DNA from: Macrostomum hystrix
Lineage: Eukaryota; Animalia; Platyhelminthes
NCBI GenBank assembly: GCA_950097015.1
Contig: CATNEN010000033.1
Coordinates: forward strand, 868,001 to 932,000
Reading direction: 5' to 3'
DNA: 64,000 nt
Position numbers and translations under genes: made by a program. Shown here piece by piece: positions 1-13,011 of the stretch (the first letter of the stretch is position 1; each line of letters begins with the position of its first letter). The notes under the pieces were generated by a model. The model was not told the origin of the DNA. It ran no database searches and saw only the letters and a list, made by a program, of their open reading frames with translations.

Positions 1-707
1 AAAAAGCCACCTAGCAAGTAAGTTTTTTATGTAGTTTTAATGCATTAATGACCTATTCTTATAATTAAAATATCATATGCTAGCTTTGGTTTAACTCTTG
101 TCAGTTTAAACGAAAGTTTTCTAAGATGCGAATTTCGCGGCCCGTAAAGTGCAACGTACGCTAGCTATTATCGGCCTTATAGGTATTTAAGCTGCTTAGG
201 CCCTATCAGCTAATGTTGGTTCTTGTTGTTAAATTGCTATTAGTAATAAAATTAAGTAGAAACCCACTACAACAGAACCACTTTGCTTTAAAATACAGCT
301 AGCTAAAGAGAAGAGCAACTCCTGGTGCTTGAATGTGCTGGAAAAATAAATCAACAATTAAGGGTTAACACTTTCCAAGCCTGTTTGAATCTTTTGTAGC
401 TAAAGACATTATTAATTGACATTTTAGTATAAGTCTTGTGGTGCTTATTGCTTTAAAACAGATCATATGTCAAGCTTATGTGTTTTCCTGAAGTCATAAA
501 TTAGGTAGGCCTAGGTTAATTCTTATGTACATTTTTATTAAGAAAAAATATATACAACAAAATAACAACACAATTTTTTTTTCTGCAAGGCTCTATTGAA
601 TCAAAATTCATGATAATATTGCTTTGAAATGTAGAATTGTAGCTAATACTTTATTTGTCTCTATTTCTTGATAAAATTGTTAGTACCTTGTTATTACCTA
701 CTTTACC

Positions 708-3093
708 GGGTGCCAGGCATTTCGGTGACAGTGACAGGGCTTTTCGGTACAGTGCATTTCGGTACCAGTCAGTGCTTTTCGGTGACTTAATTTTCGGTAC
801 AGTGCATTTCGGTACCTGCTTTTCGAACGGTGCCTTAAATAGTCAAGCATTAAAGAGTAAAGACTATACTAGGCCTAGCTCCCCTGTTTGTATTCGTGTG
901 AATACATATTTTAACGGTATATTTTAATGAGAATATTTTAATATTTTAACGAGAACGACAAAAAGACATTGCTGAAATACAATGTACTGCAATGTTCCAG
1001 TACATATACAGTTACAAGATTTTCCTGTTTAGTAACAACACTCAATGCCTTAAATTGTCAATTGTCCATGCACAAAGTTGTACGCGTCAAAGTCAAGTTG
1101 ATTAGCAATATCTGTGGACGAAGTTTTAAAGAGAAAACAATAAAACGATAGGGATAGATGCACCTATAAAGGTCATTGCTAAAATACATCCAGACAAGAT
1201 CTGGAACTAAAGAAGATCCAGGCAACCGCCAGACGTGTATCAGTTATTTTCCAACAAAGCGGCTGCAAGTAGCCAGCAGCTGGTTGACAGTCAGAAGGCC
1301 CTCAGAAAACTGTCTCCAGGCATTATGTATGTTAGCCTGCATTGTGTGGTAAGCAACGCGTTGCCTGCGTTGCAGGGCCCCCCTCGAGACGAGCTGCGCA
1401 TTCATTGGTATCATGCTCGCTTCAGAGGAGAGCAGTTTTAGCAGAACGTAAAACTGTAGAGTGCTGCGCCCAGCTTTGGCATTCAATCGTTGGTGGTACC
1501 CTTCAACGTCATTGTTGGAACGAATGGCCCGGCCGAATACACTGACGTCTTCTGCAGTCCAGAAACTGTCTGCTGACAACCAGGTACTGCAAATATAGTC
1601 GCAAACAGCAATCAAGCGGGAATCGGTCTGCACAACCTGCAGGAAAATGTGGGGATACATTTCTTATTTTGAAAACTCATAAATTATTTCTGACTAATAG
1701 TCTTACATTGCTGGCTTCCAGTTCTTGAAGCATTTGTGACATATGGCAAGCGGGCAGATAGTGCAATGCCATCAGTTTTCGGCAGAGCTTGCGAATGGCT
1801 TCATCCTCAGAATATGCTGATTGCAAGCCAAGAGCTTGGATCTTGCGAAAGACTGTTTGCGTCCAGTGAAAGCTGCAGCCATGTACTCACAGGTCAGGAA
1901 ACGTGAGATGTGCTGCTTTCTAGGCAGCAGCTTCAAAGTCCATGACAAATACAGACGGATGCGCCATGTCAGGCAATAGGTTCCAAATGGCTTGCAGCAC
2001 TACTCTGTAGTCCTTCGACTTTTTTCCGGACATCAAAACGAAAACGAGTGGCACCTGCAGAAAACGTACGGTATATTAATATACATGTAGTAACGATACA
2101 ATAAGAATATTAAAATAAAATACTAAAAACAGGCATGCACCTGCTTCACATTCGAAGCATCCTGCTCTGTCTCTCCATCAGGTCTCAGAAATGCGTGGAT
2201 CCCCCAAAGCTGCTTGAATGGCTTCTTGACAACAGAAAAGGTCCCATCAATGTACCATGTGTTGGACTCTGCAAGCAGTTGCAACTGATGATCAGATGCC
2301 AGGACTAGATGGCGTCTACCATGTGACTGGACATCAGCCCTGCAAGCGTCAGAGTTGGTTGTTAGTGAGCAAAAATATAATTTATTTAAAAATGCGCCTT
2401 AAAACGTACTTTAGAAATTGTTGGGGCATGCCATTCTTGCTCATATCAACCTCAAAATCGAGTGTAGTGGGTTCTACTGGTCAAACCCGCTGTCTTGCAC
2501 AATTAGCAGCTTGTGCTACTCGTTCTGGGTTCGGCAAATTTGCAGTGGAAGTCTGTGCCACAATATTTTCTTCCGCCAGTTGCATTGCTGAGGTGAAGAT
2601 GTTGGCCAAGGCCTGTTGCTTGATGTTGCGCACAATAATTCGATTTGTGGCAGCATTTGGCACTGGCGAATGGCAGTGAGAGTTTTTTCCTTTGCAGAAA
2701 TTTCCATCAGGTAGTTCGATAAGAGTTGCCATGCATGGCTGTCGCGCGCTTCTCTTGGTACACCTACAGTGCACAGTAGCAACGCATTGGTGCATTTGCT
2801 AACTTACATTATACTGTAAGTAGTATTACAGTATAATGTAAATAGCTAATTTTGTTCCGTGATCAGCTCCCATTATTTGTTCCTATTGTGCTTATTTTTA
2901 GAGACACAAATTTTTCTAGTATTGCATCAATCGAAATTATTGTATCATTTTGGCTTAGCAGGTTGTTTACCTGTGCCAAAATATCTACTACTACCACTAA
3001 AACTACTACTATAATTCAGCGGTACCGAAAAGCACTGACTCGTACCAAAATGCACTGTACCGAAAAGCCCTGTCACCGAAATGCATGGAATCC
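708..3093 (-). mobile_element. Mutator/MULE DNA transposon, full-length, inactivated
   Basis: Imperfect ~75-80 bp TIRs (708 GGGTGCCAGGCATTTCGGTGACAG... versus the reverse complement of ...CTGTCACCGAAATGCATGGAATCC 3093) with internal TTCGGTAC repeats. Exact 8-bp direct flanks ACTTTACC at 700-707 and 3094-3101. Internal MULE transposase motifs on the minus strand. Confidence 0.9.
1244..2800 (-). pseudogene. MULE transposase pseudogene (FLYWCH/WRKY-like Zn finger + DDE domain), intron-containing
   Basis: Minus-strand motifs in order: CRC..C.A...N.H.H (2795-2660), WYIDGTF (~2255), VPLVFVLM, MDFEAA, HGCSFHWTQ, RSNNDVEGYHQRLN (~1520). In-frame TAG at 1920-1922, a frameshift near 1893, and a probable intron at ~2061-2140. 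Confidence 0.85.
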
Positions 3094-4390
3094 ACTTTAC
3101 CTACCTAGCTAGTTACTTACCTAAACAACCAAACTAGTCCTTTCAGCCATAATTATTTGTGGCCTCAAAAATTTGGCCAGAAAACCATTTTGGCTTCAAG
3201 CTGGTTTGGCAAAATTAGCCAAGCATAGTACACTGTGTTATCTAAAATAATATATTTTTTAATACATACTGTTAACAGTGATGCAGAAAGAATTTGACAT
3301 TTAAAATATATTGTTTTTTGTTTGTTTCAATGTTTGGGTCCAACAAGCTTTTACTTTGACTTTATTTCTGTTATATATGTTAAGTTAAATAGCTAAGGCA
3401 CCAGAGAGTATGAGACATACACAGAAAAAATAGCAAGTTTAACAAAGTGACCTATTGTATTGTGGTGATTTATCTTTTTTATCAATAAGCAAAATGCAGC
3501 AAAGACAAAAGTATGTCTTGTAGTAATAAAACAAAGAAAAAAACTAATACTACTAAGGATACAGATTTATGGCTTATCACTAAAACTGTCACACAAAAGA
3601 CGTTTACTCCTAACAATAATACCCCTAACTAGTGGTTTCCTTGTCTTTTGTCTACTAAAAATCTGCTAAAAAATCTGCTTAGCCATCATCTTGTCTGCTA
3701 AAAACTTGTCTTTAAAAGAAACTTCATACTAAGTTGTCTGCCATAAAGACAAAAAATTATTTAAAATGACAGCTTAAAGTTATAAAAGTTATAAGCTGCA
3801 GTAGTTTTTATAAATTTGAATTCTTAGTATGCCCACAGTGCACTTTGTCTTGGAACACTCAGCCTACCCACCCCAGCTATCCAATAGTATACAATCAGTC
3901 ATTACCCCAAACCCTTCTCCTAGCTGTTATAGTATTGGTCTTGAGTAAAACTCAAACACTAGATTTATTTAAGCATAGGTAATGAAGCTAAGTTCTATAT
4001 TAAAACAATATAAGCAGCTAGCAGATTTATAAAAGCTATAGCCATTTATAGCACTGATGAATTAAAATTGTTTTAGTAAGGCAAAACAGTCACATAATAT
4101 GTCATTAGGTCTAATGAAACCATGTCTCTTTCTAAATAAATGTATAGCAGAAATAAATTATATTTAGCTAATTGAACACTAATACAAGACTATTTTTTAA
4201 ATATACAATGCTACATTATCTTTGTTGTATAGCCAATAGCTAATGCCAGTTTTCTATGATGATAATTATAGCAATTTAATATTCTATTGGTATAACTGCT
4301 TCTTATGTGTAATACATGACAGCAATTTTTTGTCAAATTACCAGAGTCAATATTTTTGTTTAATTAGCTTTTTATATATGGACTATCATG

Positions 4391-4580
4391 GAAGTGTATG
4401 GCAGATTGGTTGACATGTTTGCCTCCTCCATCAAGGTCCATGAGCTTAATTCTACAGTGAAGTCACATTAGTTTGGGTTTGATATCACATTGCAGAGAGA
4501 AAGCCACCTGTGTCTGTATGTCTGTGCTCAGTTTATCTGCCTGCATGTGTGCTGGGGAGTTAGTGGAATAGGCATTAAAA
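4391..4580 (+). mobile_element. degraded copy of tRNA-headed SINE
   Basis: GTATGGCAGATTGGTTGACATGTTTGCCTC...CAAGGTCCATGAGCTTAATTC...CACATTAGTTTGGG aligns by eye with the head of the 19141 copy. Confidence 0.55.
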
Positions 4581-4776
4581 ATATTTCTATTTATCTAGGC
4601 CTCACATGTACAGGAATTATTAAATCTTTTTTCATGTAGATACTCACATGAATAACCGAATATGTAATAAACTAATTATGGTAATAAAAGACTGATTTAC
4701 ATCTTCACCCACTGCAGAACTGAGCATCTGTATGTAGTCTTGTGTTCCAACCCGAACCCCATAGTTAGCAAAAGGC

Positions 4777-6222
4777 ATGGCAGCTAACAGGACAGCACAG
4801 CAGAAGCGCAGATCGGTTAGTCCGTAACGGTTTCATTTTTTCTATCATGATTTGTACAGACTGCACGCAATAATGCAAACATAATTTTTTTAAATCTCCA
4901 TTCCTAGGGCTGGCTCAAGGGTGGCGCTGCGGTTGTGGAGTCTGTCGGTGTGGCGTCCCTAACAGCGGCCGATCCTGATGGGCCAACAATGCCCAGAGCC
5001 TGCAGCTCTGAGGCGCCTGGCTCCTCGCCTCGGTACGCCCTGTCGCTGGGGTCCGGTCTAAAAATTCGTCTGACAATGCAGCGCGAGGCAGTCGAATACG
5101 ATTGCAAAGACGGTATGCGTTATTACCTTGAATTGTTGTGGCACTGTGTCAATCGCCACCTTTTACAGTAGAAATGCCACGGTGGTATGGAAATACACAC
5201 ATTCTTCTTTTTTCATTTTCTGAAATTCTGAAATTATCTGAAACTATCTGAAATTTAGATTCAGATAATGGACTTTCACGAAAATTGGCGATTCGCGAAT
5301 AAGGCAGATGGTATTTGAAATGCCGCCGTGGTCCCTCCCCAGGGTGAAAACTAGATTTGTCTGTCTACTGTTCAACCCAACCTTGTAGAAGCTGGGCTAG
5401 CAGAAAATTTAGATGCAGCTCCGGTTGCAGCAGCAGCAGAATCGTCGGCAGCTGTTGCAACATCGCTGATATTAGAATCTGATGGCGAAGAGCTGCTAGA
5501 AGAGGAAGGCGACAGTGACTATGATCAAATAGACGACATTGCTACTGTGTCAACGTGGCAGCCTCAGCAGCAGCAGTCGCCCCCTCCCTCGCCGACGCGT
5601 CGCTATACAGTGGAAATTGCGTACAGAGCTGACGACAAGCATCAAGAAGCGCCGTTGTCAGTGCTAGTTGGCTCAGCAGATCTTGCTGACTGTTCAAACA
5701 TGGCGAACATTGTCCAACGATTAACGCCAATTGCCACCGTGCCTTTCGAGTCGGCTAAGGCAACGGCTGAGTCGCATTTGCTGACAATTCGCGGCCTCGG
5801 TTTCGCCGATTTGGTTGAACGTCTACACGAGCGTCGCATTGGCCTAATAGCCGAAGCCAGTTACGGCGAGGGCGACGGTGGACAAGTCGGTATGGCAGAT
5901 TCTCCCTCGCCGCTTCTGCTGCTGCCGGCCGCGCGACTGCCCTGGGCCTCACTCGGTGTGCACCGCCTGCCAGCTTCGGCCACTCAAACGGCTACGCCCG
6001 ACTTCGCCTCCTCGTTGCCGGACTGGTGGCGAGCCTCCGACGGACCGGACGGCGACGTCAATTTGAACAGCCTGCGCCGGGTGAGTGACAACTTTTGCCC
6101 GTCCGTATCTGCACCTTTGCTTTTTTAGAAGAAGTCAGTTAAAAGTGCAAATATGTTTGCCAACTCGACAACTTTTAATAAAATTTCAGAGCGACATCTT
6201 CAGGCAACAATTTGGCAACTAG
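4777..6222 (+). CDS. uncharacterised 4-exon protein, ~320 aa
   Basis: Phase-consistent exons 4777-4815 (ATG, phase 0), 4908-5111 (phase 1), 5389-6080 (phase 0) and 6190-6222 (TAG), all with GT-AG introns. Contains an acidic stretch (EELLEEEGDSDY). No domain recognised. Confidence 0.6.
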
Positions 6223-7699
6223 ATGAAACAGCAGGCAGCTGTGCACTATAGGCCATACAAAATAATCTTGTTGCATCAAAAATGTAACCTTTGCAGCCTA
6301 TTTCATTGAAATTTTAAACAGCCTAGTTAGGTAAAGAAATACTTATTCAATTTCTGTACATATTAATTTTTGACGCTGCTTAAGCACTGTTACGAAGATG
6401 CATAAAGCATTAATTTTATAAAAATTTTATTAACACAATACTAACATATTTAATATATACATTTTCCTGTGCTGAATGAAGTTCGCGATATTTTTTGTAG
6501 ATACAGTATTTGAGAATTATTGACCTCTGCGAACTGTTTAACAGTTCAAATATGCGTGTGATCGATTAAGTTGAATAGTTATTTATGCAGTTGTCTTTTG
6601 CGTTTCAATATCTATCTGAACTACTGTTTTTTAGCTTACAAAGTTTTACTGTAAATATTAGCCAAAAACTTGAATTTTGTGTATTTATCCGTCTAAATAA
6701 ATAATATATATATATATATACTGATTACCCGCGAGCGTAAAAAGGCGATAAATATTAACTTGTGTAAGTTGTTTGTTTGTCTGTATGATTCAATTAAAGA
6801 TGACGTTTTGTACCATGGAGTAAAAAACATTGACATATAACCAAGTGTGCGTAAACGTCTCAAGCTCGTGTATAGTTTATGGCCCAAAGGCCATCAAAGA
6901 AATAGATTGAAGTGTGCAGTAAATTCCGCAACTGTGCGGTAAATGACATGACTATGTGGGACATGGCTGCCCCACTTGATCTCCGTGCCATCCCTCTTCT
7001 GAGCTACTATGCAGTAAATCCCAGACGGGTATTGTCTATGGGTCGAAGGAGCTGGTCTTGCGCACACACACTTGGTCATAAATCAATGATATAGTAATAA
7101 ACGGCTATGAGTGCTGCAATGTTTTTAAAACTTTGCAGTACGAATAGCCGTTTATCACTGGCATTGTATACTTTTGGACCACAGACAGTTGGGGCGTGCA
7201 ACAATCAGTCTCACGGAGCGGATATAGCCAGCGGTCTCGCGGGGCGTGCAGCAATCGATTATTTTGTCGATTGGTGCACGCCCGAAATGTCTATGGTCCA
7301 AAAGTAGACCGCCTGACTTAGGGCAGCAAGAGAACTCAGTTTGGGGAAGGCTGTAAGACAGCGAGACGAGCCGTGGCATTACCGGGCTGCCTAGAACCAT
7401 ATGTCCAAGAACGGCACCGTCAGTCGACGCGTCTAACTGTGCGAAGTAACTATACCCCGAAGTAACTATACCTGTGAGATTATCGTGTATCTAAAGCGTT
7501 GCTGTTTAAATGTTTTCCAGTTCGTGTTACAATTGGTGGTGAAATATAACTGTGGCTTCAGACCCCGCATAGTGTGGGCGAAATAATCCGAGCTGGCGGG
7601 GTTCGGGACATAGACAGTAAAGGCGTGCAACAATCAGGCTTCATTGGTGGCTGGGAAAAAACCCCTCCAAAAGTGTACAATGCACTTATGCTAGGCTTC

Positions 7700-8400
7700 C
7701 TAGTGCGTAAATCTACCATTTAGACATTCAAAACGATAATGGGTATGGATTTAACTATCCTCTAAGTAAACCTCGCCGCTTGAGAACATAGACGTTTGGA
7801 CAACCAAAACGAGAATGAATTCAGACACTCGGAAGAAAATTCACCCTTTCGACCATAGACTAGAGACAACCAAAATGATATAATTCGGAAGAGAAAGCTG
7901 AAAAACTCCCTTGCCTTGCTCTCCGCCTATTTGGTTTTCTCTCGCTTCTTTGCTATTTCTTGTTACTGTTTTCAAATACCCCCACCAATATCCCCAGTCG
8001 ACAGGCAACGCTTGGTGTCTGCTATAGAGCAAGGGGCAACACTAAAAGCCGCAGCAGCCATCCTTTAAGTGCTGATTGCAACTGCATATAGAATTATGCG
8101 AAGCATTACCAAAAATTGGTAAAAAGGAGACGTGCAAAAATAACTAAAAACTGTAAAAATTATGTTTGACTGCTTGATCGTTAGATCGTCTTGCCTTCAC
8201 TAATTCTCGTTTTGATTGCCCCTTTCTCATTTTGAATGTCCTTAACTCTATGGCCGAATAGCTGAGCTGCACGCAGGAGGCCCTATCCGATAGCATGAGA
8301 CCACTGAGACATGTTATCGATTAGAATGTCCAAACTGTCATTTAGATTGACAATCGCGATGCTTAATGAACCCAATAGTAAACAAATCACGGTACATTAT
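7700..8400 (+). mobile_element. IS630/Tc1-like relic with imperfect long inverted repeats
   Basis: 7990-8120 reads SPVDRQRLVSAIEQGATLKAAAAIL*VLIATAYRIMRS, a transposase-type HTH. The motif GGACAACCAAAACGAGAA/GACATTCAAAACGATAA occurs at 7720-7890 and inverted at 8200-8345. Confidence 0.35.
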
Positions 8401-8737
8401 TGCTTGCTGGATTAAATACCGCAGTAAGAAGTTATATTTAGGAGCATTATAATAATAGGACAAAGCGCAAATGCTGTCATAGAAAAAACCTCTACGTAGC
8501 TGAATACTATAGAGGGTTTATGAGGCGGAGGGGAAGACAGGCAATAAGTAAAATCGAAGCGAAGGATAATAAAACTTAATGCGAGTTTTTCTTTCACAAC
8601 TTCTTAGTTACAAACAATATTATTCATTCTTGACTGCTTCATAGTCCTGAATTAATATGCGTGATGATCCGACAAAGCATACAAATAAAATATAAATATG
8701 ATAGATGGGAAAACATGTTTCTGAGTTGTTAAGGAAC

Positions 8738-9694
8738 TCAGACACTCGACTCCTTTAAACTCATGCTGGCTGGCGGGCGGGCCATCCTTGCTGAACTGCC
8801 CTGAATTCCACCCGATGGAGAGTTTTTTTGATAGGCCAATTTAGCCGCAGGTCGAGAATTCTGCTGCTGGGAATGCGCCGGCTGCTGCTGGGAATGCGCC
8901 GGCTGCTGCTGGGAATGCGCCGGCTGCTGCTGGGAATGTGCCGGTTGCTGCTGGGCATGCGCCGGCTGCTGCTGGGAATGCGCCGGCTGCTGAGAAAGCG
9001 CCAGCTGCTGCTGATAATGCTCCGGCTGTTGCTGCAGTTGACCACCCGAACGCAGAGCGCGTGGTGGAAGGACAGGAGCGACGCCGCCAACGGATGTATT
9101 CGTTTCCTGATGCAACTGAGGGATCAGGCCTTCCAGAGCGGTCAAAATTTCTGCCCTTGTAGTTGGCGGGAATTTCATTGACAGCAGGCGACTGACGGCC
9201 GTTTCCGCATTCAGCAGGTCGATTAGAAGTCGCCGCAGCTGCTTCTCAGACTTTGAATCGGATTCATCGCTGTTGTCGTTTTCTGACCCTGAACTCAGTT
9301 GCAGCAGGTACTCCTTTGTGCCATAAGCATCATTAGCTGCCACATAGCCCATTTGCTTTAGCACTTCGTCAATTGCTTCAAGTCTGCTCAGCGTGTGAAC
9401 AAAAAATCCAGTGCAAGTTTGCAGCCTGGACTGCTCCTGTTTCCATGGAAACATCAGCAGGTTAAACGTCAGCTGGGCAAGACTGACCAGTGCAGCTTGC
9501 ATGGCTAGCAGGCCGTTAGTATTGACGTTTCGCTGTAGGAACTGCAACATGAAATCATTGCGCAAAGTTAACTTGACCTGCGTTTGCATCCATGCAGCAG
9601 CAGCCGCGTGCATCTGTGGCCATTGGCCTGGCCAGTCTTGTAGCCGGTCTGTTGGTTTCCACAGCTGCTGCTGGTCATTTGGCAGCTCTGCCAT
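8738..9694 (-). CDS. SPATA2/Tamozhennic-like PUB-domain protein with Gln-rich 7-aa repeats, 318 aa
   Basis: AALVSLAQLTFNLLMFPWKQEQSRLQTCTGFFVHTLSRLEAIDEVLKQMGY matches the SPATA2/tamo PUB pattern (NLL.FPW..E...I.T.TG.FV......L..MGY). About six HSQQQPA repeats (21 bp) at ~8860-8990. Confidence 0.7.
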   Translation of the reverse strand: MAELPNDQQQLWKPTDRLQDWPGQWPQMHAAAAAWMQTQVKLTLRNDFMLQFLQRNVNTNGLLAMQAALVSLAQLTFNLLMFPWKQEQSRLQTCTGFFVHTLSRLEAIDEVLKQMGYVAANDAYGTKEYLLQLSSGSENDNSDESDSKSEKQLRRLLIDLLNAETAVSRLLSMKFPPTTRAEILTALEGLIPQLHQETNTSVGGVAPVLPPRALRSGGQLQQQPEHYQQQLALSQQPAHSQQQPAHAQQQPAHSQQQPAHSQQQPAHSQQQPAHSQQQNSRPAAKLAYQKNSPSGGIQGSSARMARPPASMSLKESSV

Positions 9695-11071
9695 GCTGCA
9701 ATTTTTTTTTAATTTACTTGTTAATATCTTGCAATCTCAACTGTGACTGTAAAAAAAGATGATTTTAAGTGATTTTATAGATTTCATGAACACTTAAAAT
9801 TTTAGTTACTTTACTAAGTTTACTTTACCAAAAGATGTGAAGTGTGAAATTAAAGCAAAGAACTCCATTAAAATAATTCATTGAATGAAGCAGTCATGAC
9901 AGTTTCTTTTTTCTAACAGACCCATGAGAAATAGCAATAGATAGCAATGATCATAAAAATATGCTAAGCATCTATATTTACATAATATTTTGCATATATG
10001 TAATTAACAAAAAAGCAACTATAAACAATAGCCTTTGAAATAAAAAACATTGGAATCCAACCTTTTTTATTTTAATAGTTTTTCATATACAACATCAATT
10101 GCATCATTCTAGTTTACTTACTAGTTTAATTGTACAATGTAAAGTTTTAAGTACAAAAGTATATATTTATTACAGATCAAGTGCAGATCAAGAAAAATGT
10201 ATAATTGGCTTTTTAGTATATTTACAAAATAAATAGACACATTAACTCCCATTTTAAAAGATTACCTGTGTAATCAAAAGTTAATATATATTTTATGTTT
10301 TTTTAATTAGGATTGACAATAAAAAATGTAACCACTTCTTAACTCTAAAAACTTTTTTTCATATTTCTAATAAATAGCAAACTATCAAAAAAAGAAGCAC
10401 TAGTGTTCAGGTATATTTTTTAATAACTATTAATAAAAACAAGCAAACAATATCATATTAATTGTTTTAGAAAGGCTTATCAATGTATCCGTTAATTTCA
10501 CTGTGATCCAACACTCTTATTAGGGCGTATCTATTTTAAATATTGTCCTTAAGCGATGAAAGCTACGAAATCGATCTGTATGCCAAGTTTATAGTTTTTA
10601 AACGCACGCAAAACGTTGAATTGACACTTACAAGTGACAAATAATGACATACTTTTCAAAAAGGTCACAAAAAAATTTTTTCTAACGGCCGGTGAGTGAG
10701 TAATTCTTTAATCAGGTTCCACGAAAACAATTATGTTAAATATGTTATGTTATGGTATTTAATTATTTGGCGCGCTGCAATATTCTATCAAAAAAGATTG
10801 CTTTGAGGCTTCAATGTGGCCTCAGTAAAAATATTTCGTTTTACTAACTATTATTAACTCTGGGTTTATAGATTTAGTTTAAACAACTGTTACTACATCA
10901 CAACAACTCGCGGCAATTTAGTTTGTAAATATAGCACTATTTTCCTGCTTATTTCGATTCTGCTTCTTGACTTAAAAAATAATAAGTCAAAGAGAGTGAT
11001 AACAATTTAACAAAAAGCACTTTCGTGGTGTCAATAAGCGAATTATCACTTTGCTAATATTTTCAGCAACT

Positions 11072-11086
11072 ATTGCCTAAGGTTAC
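11072..11086 (-). promoter_or_regulatory. near-consensus RFX X-box upstream of PIERCE1
   Basis: Minus strand reads GTAACC-TTA-GGCAAT, one mismatch to GTNRCC(N0-3)RGYAAC, ~780 bp upstream of the PIERCE1 ATG. Confidence 0.3.
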
Positions 11087-11864
11087 CTTTCTAGTCATTA
11101 GACTATTATCTGTAGCTAAATCATTCCAATAAAAAGTTTGTGTCGTTTTCTTTTGTATTACCAATGCACTGAGGAGAAAATTTCATTAAAGTTTTCGTTT
11201 GATTCAATTTCTTTTTGGCAGCTTTTGAAGCCGAAGTAAATTATTCATAGTTGTTACCAATCAAAATCTCTTGTGTTGCGTATAGCTTTCTACAGCTTTA
11301 CCCACAAGCTATAGACTTAGTGCATCGTGTATCACGTTTCATCGTTAGTGTAGTCCAGAATTTTTTTGCAGTAGTATACATTTTTAGCTGAAACATCACT
11401 CTTAAAGAGGTAGGATGTAAGTAGCTGAATGTCACTACTAGATCCACTAGATATTCTATTGTAAAATGACTAGTAGATGAAATTTAGATGCATTACAATG
11501 TATTTAAAATGGTACTTAGAACTTTTAAATGTGATCATTTTGCATAAATATAACCAAATTTATGATATGCTTGATAATGTTGATATGGCTGATAAAATAA
11601 ACATTATTGAGAATGGTAATCATCAATTTACTGTAGAAAGTCAATGTTGACTTCCATGCAAAGAGATTCATAGTCTACGTTTTTTAAACAGTTAGAATGT
11701 ATTTTCATGCATCTAGATTTCAAATAGTATGGCAAATAGTAGAGAGTGAGTAATAATAGTAAATATAAGTATGCTAATGATTTCAACTCCTATTCACATT
11801 TTTACTATTAAACGCTCTTTTTCAGCTCTTTGAACCCCTCAAGCGACAATACAAAGCACCAAAA

Positions 11865-12267
11865 ATGTCCAACGAACCAGCCTCGTCAAGCATGGGTCCA
11901 GGTGGTGTGCCACGAGGAAGCAAAACCTCTCAGTACTACGTTGTAGAAAACATCCCGGATCGATTCGACAATCCAGAGTGGTTCAAGGGCTACGGCAGCA
12001 AGCCGGTGCATCCGATGTACCGGACGACAGCCTCTGACTATGGCAAGATGGCACCAACTGTTCACACAATGCCGACAACTTTCCACCCGGTGTCGCAGAC
12101 TTTCTCAGAGGTAAGAACTCTTATTGGCTGCTGATCTTTGGAAGCGCTATCGAACACACAAAATCGACAAATGCACTATTAACCGGCTACCACTTCAGGC
12201 CCTCGGCAAGTGCGGCATGTACCGCAACATGTCACTCAACACTGGCAAGGAAAGCAAGATTATTTGA
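11865..12267 (+). CDS. PIERCE1: Piercer of microtubule wall 1 (C9orf116-like), 104 aa, 2 coding exons
   Basis: Exons 11865-12110 and 12199-12267 (phase 0, TGA). TSQYYVVENIPDRFDNPEWFKGY...YRTTASDYGKMAPTVHTMPTTFHPVSQTFSE|ALGKCGMYRNMSLNT matches the family pattern. AATAAA at ~12342. Confidence 0.85.
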
Positions 12268-13011
12268 AGGCCTAGCGAGACGATTCTGTGCTGACCAAAG
12301 ACAAACGCGAATTGCTACTTGACAGATATGGTCCATAATATAAATAAACTTTGTGGAAATTGAACCATCTGATGTTAAGATTTATGCAGGACTCGGGCTT
12401 TTTTATCAGTTAAAGCAAATATTTTCAGCTGTCGAATATCATATAATAAAAGCTATATTTTGATGCGCTGCTAATAAAAAAATAATTTCTGTGATCAGCA
12501 GCATGATTTCTTTGACTTACTCATTCCAGTAAATTACCGATTAAAGTTTTGTTCTCTGATTCGCTAGCCTATCGCCACACTTCCTAACCCGTTGAACGAC
12601 AACCTCATTCCACATGACAACCACCCCAAAATGCAGAATTATTTTGGGCAACCGTTAAAAACAATAATTCTAACAAACGCTCTCTTCAGACAGTAAAAAA
12701 GACGCCAAAACAGCGACCAGCACCCCAGTAGGATGACGGAGTCGATCGCACCGCAGCTGTTGCCTCGGCCGGCCACAGTCGGTTCCATCACCGCCTGCGC
12801 TCGCCTCGGCCGAGTCGTCAGCGAGCCGACTCGGCGGCACCGGAGCCGCCACGGCGGAGCCTCCAGCGCGACTTCAGCAAAGTTTCGTTGCGTACCCACG
12901 CAACCGCAGCCAGAGGTTTGCACAATGCTATAACTTTTTTTATTTTAATTTTTTAATTTTTTAATCTGTTTGCGCTACTTATAGTGGAGTGTTGCGCAGT
13001 TTTGCTAAATA

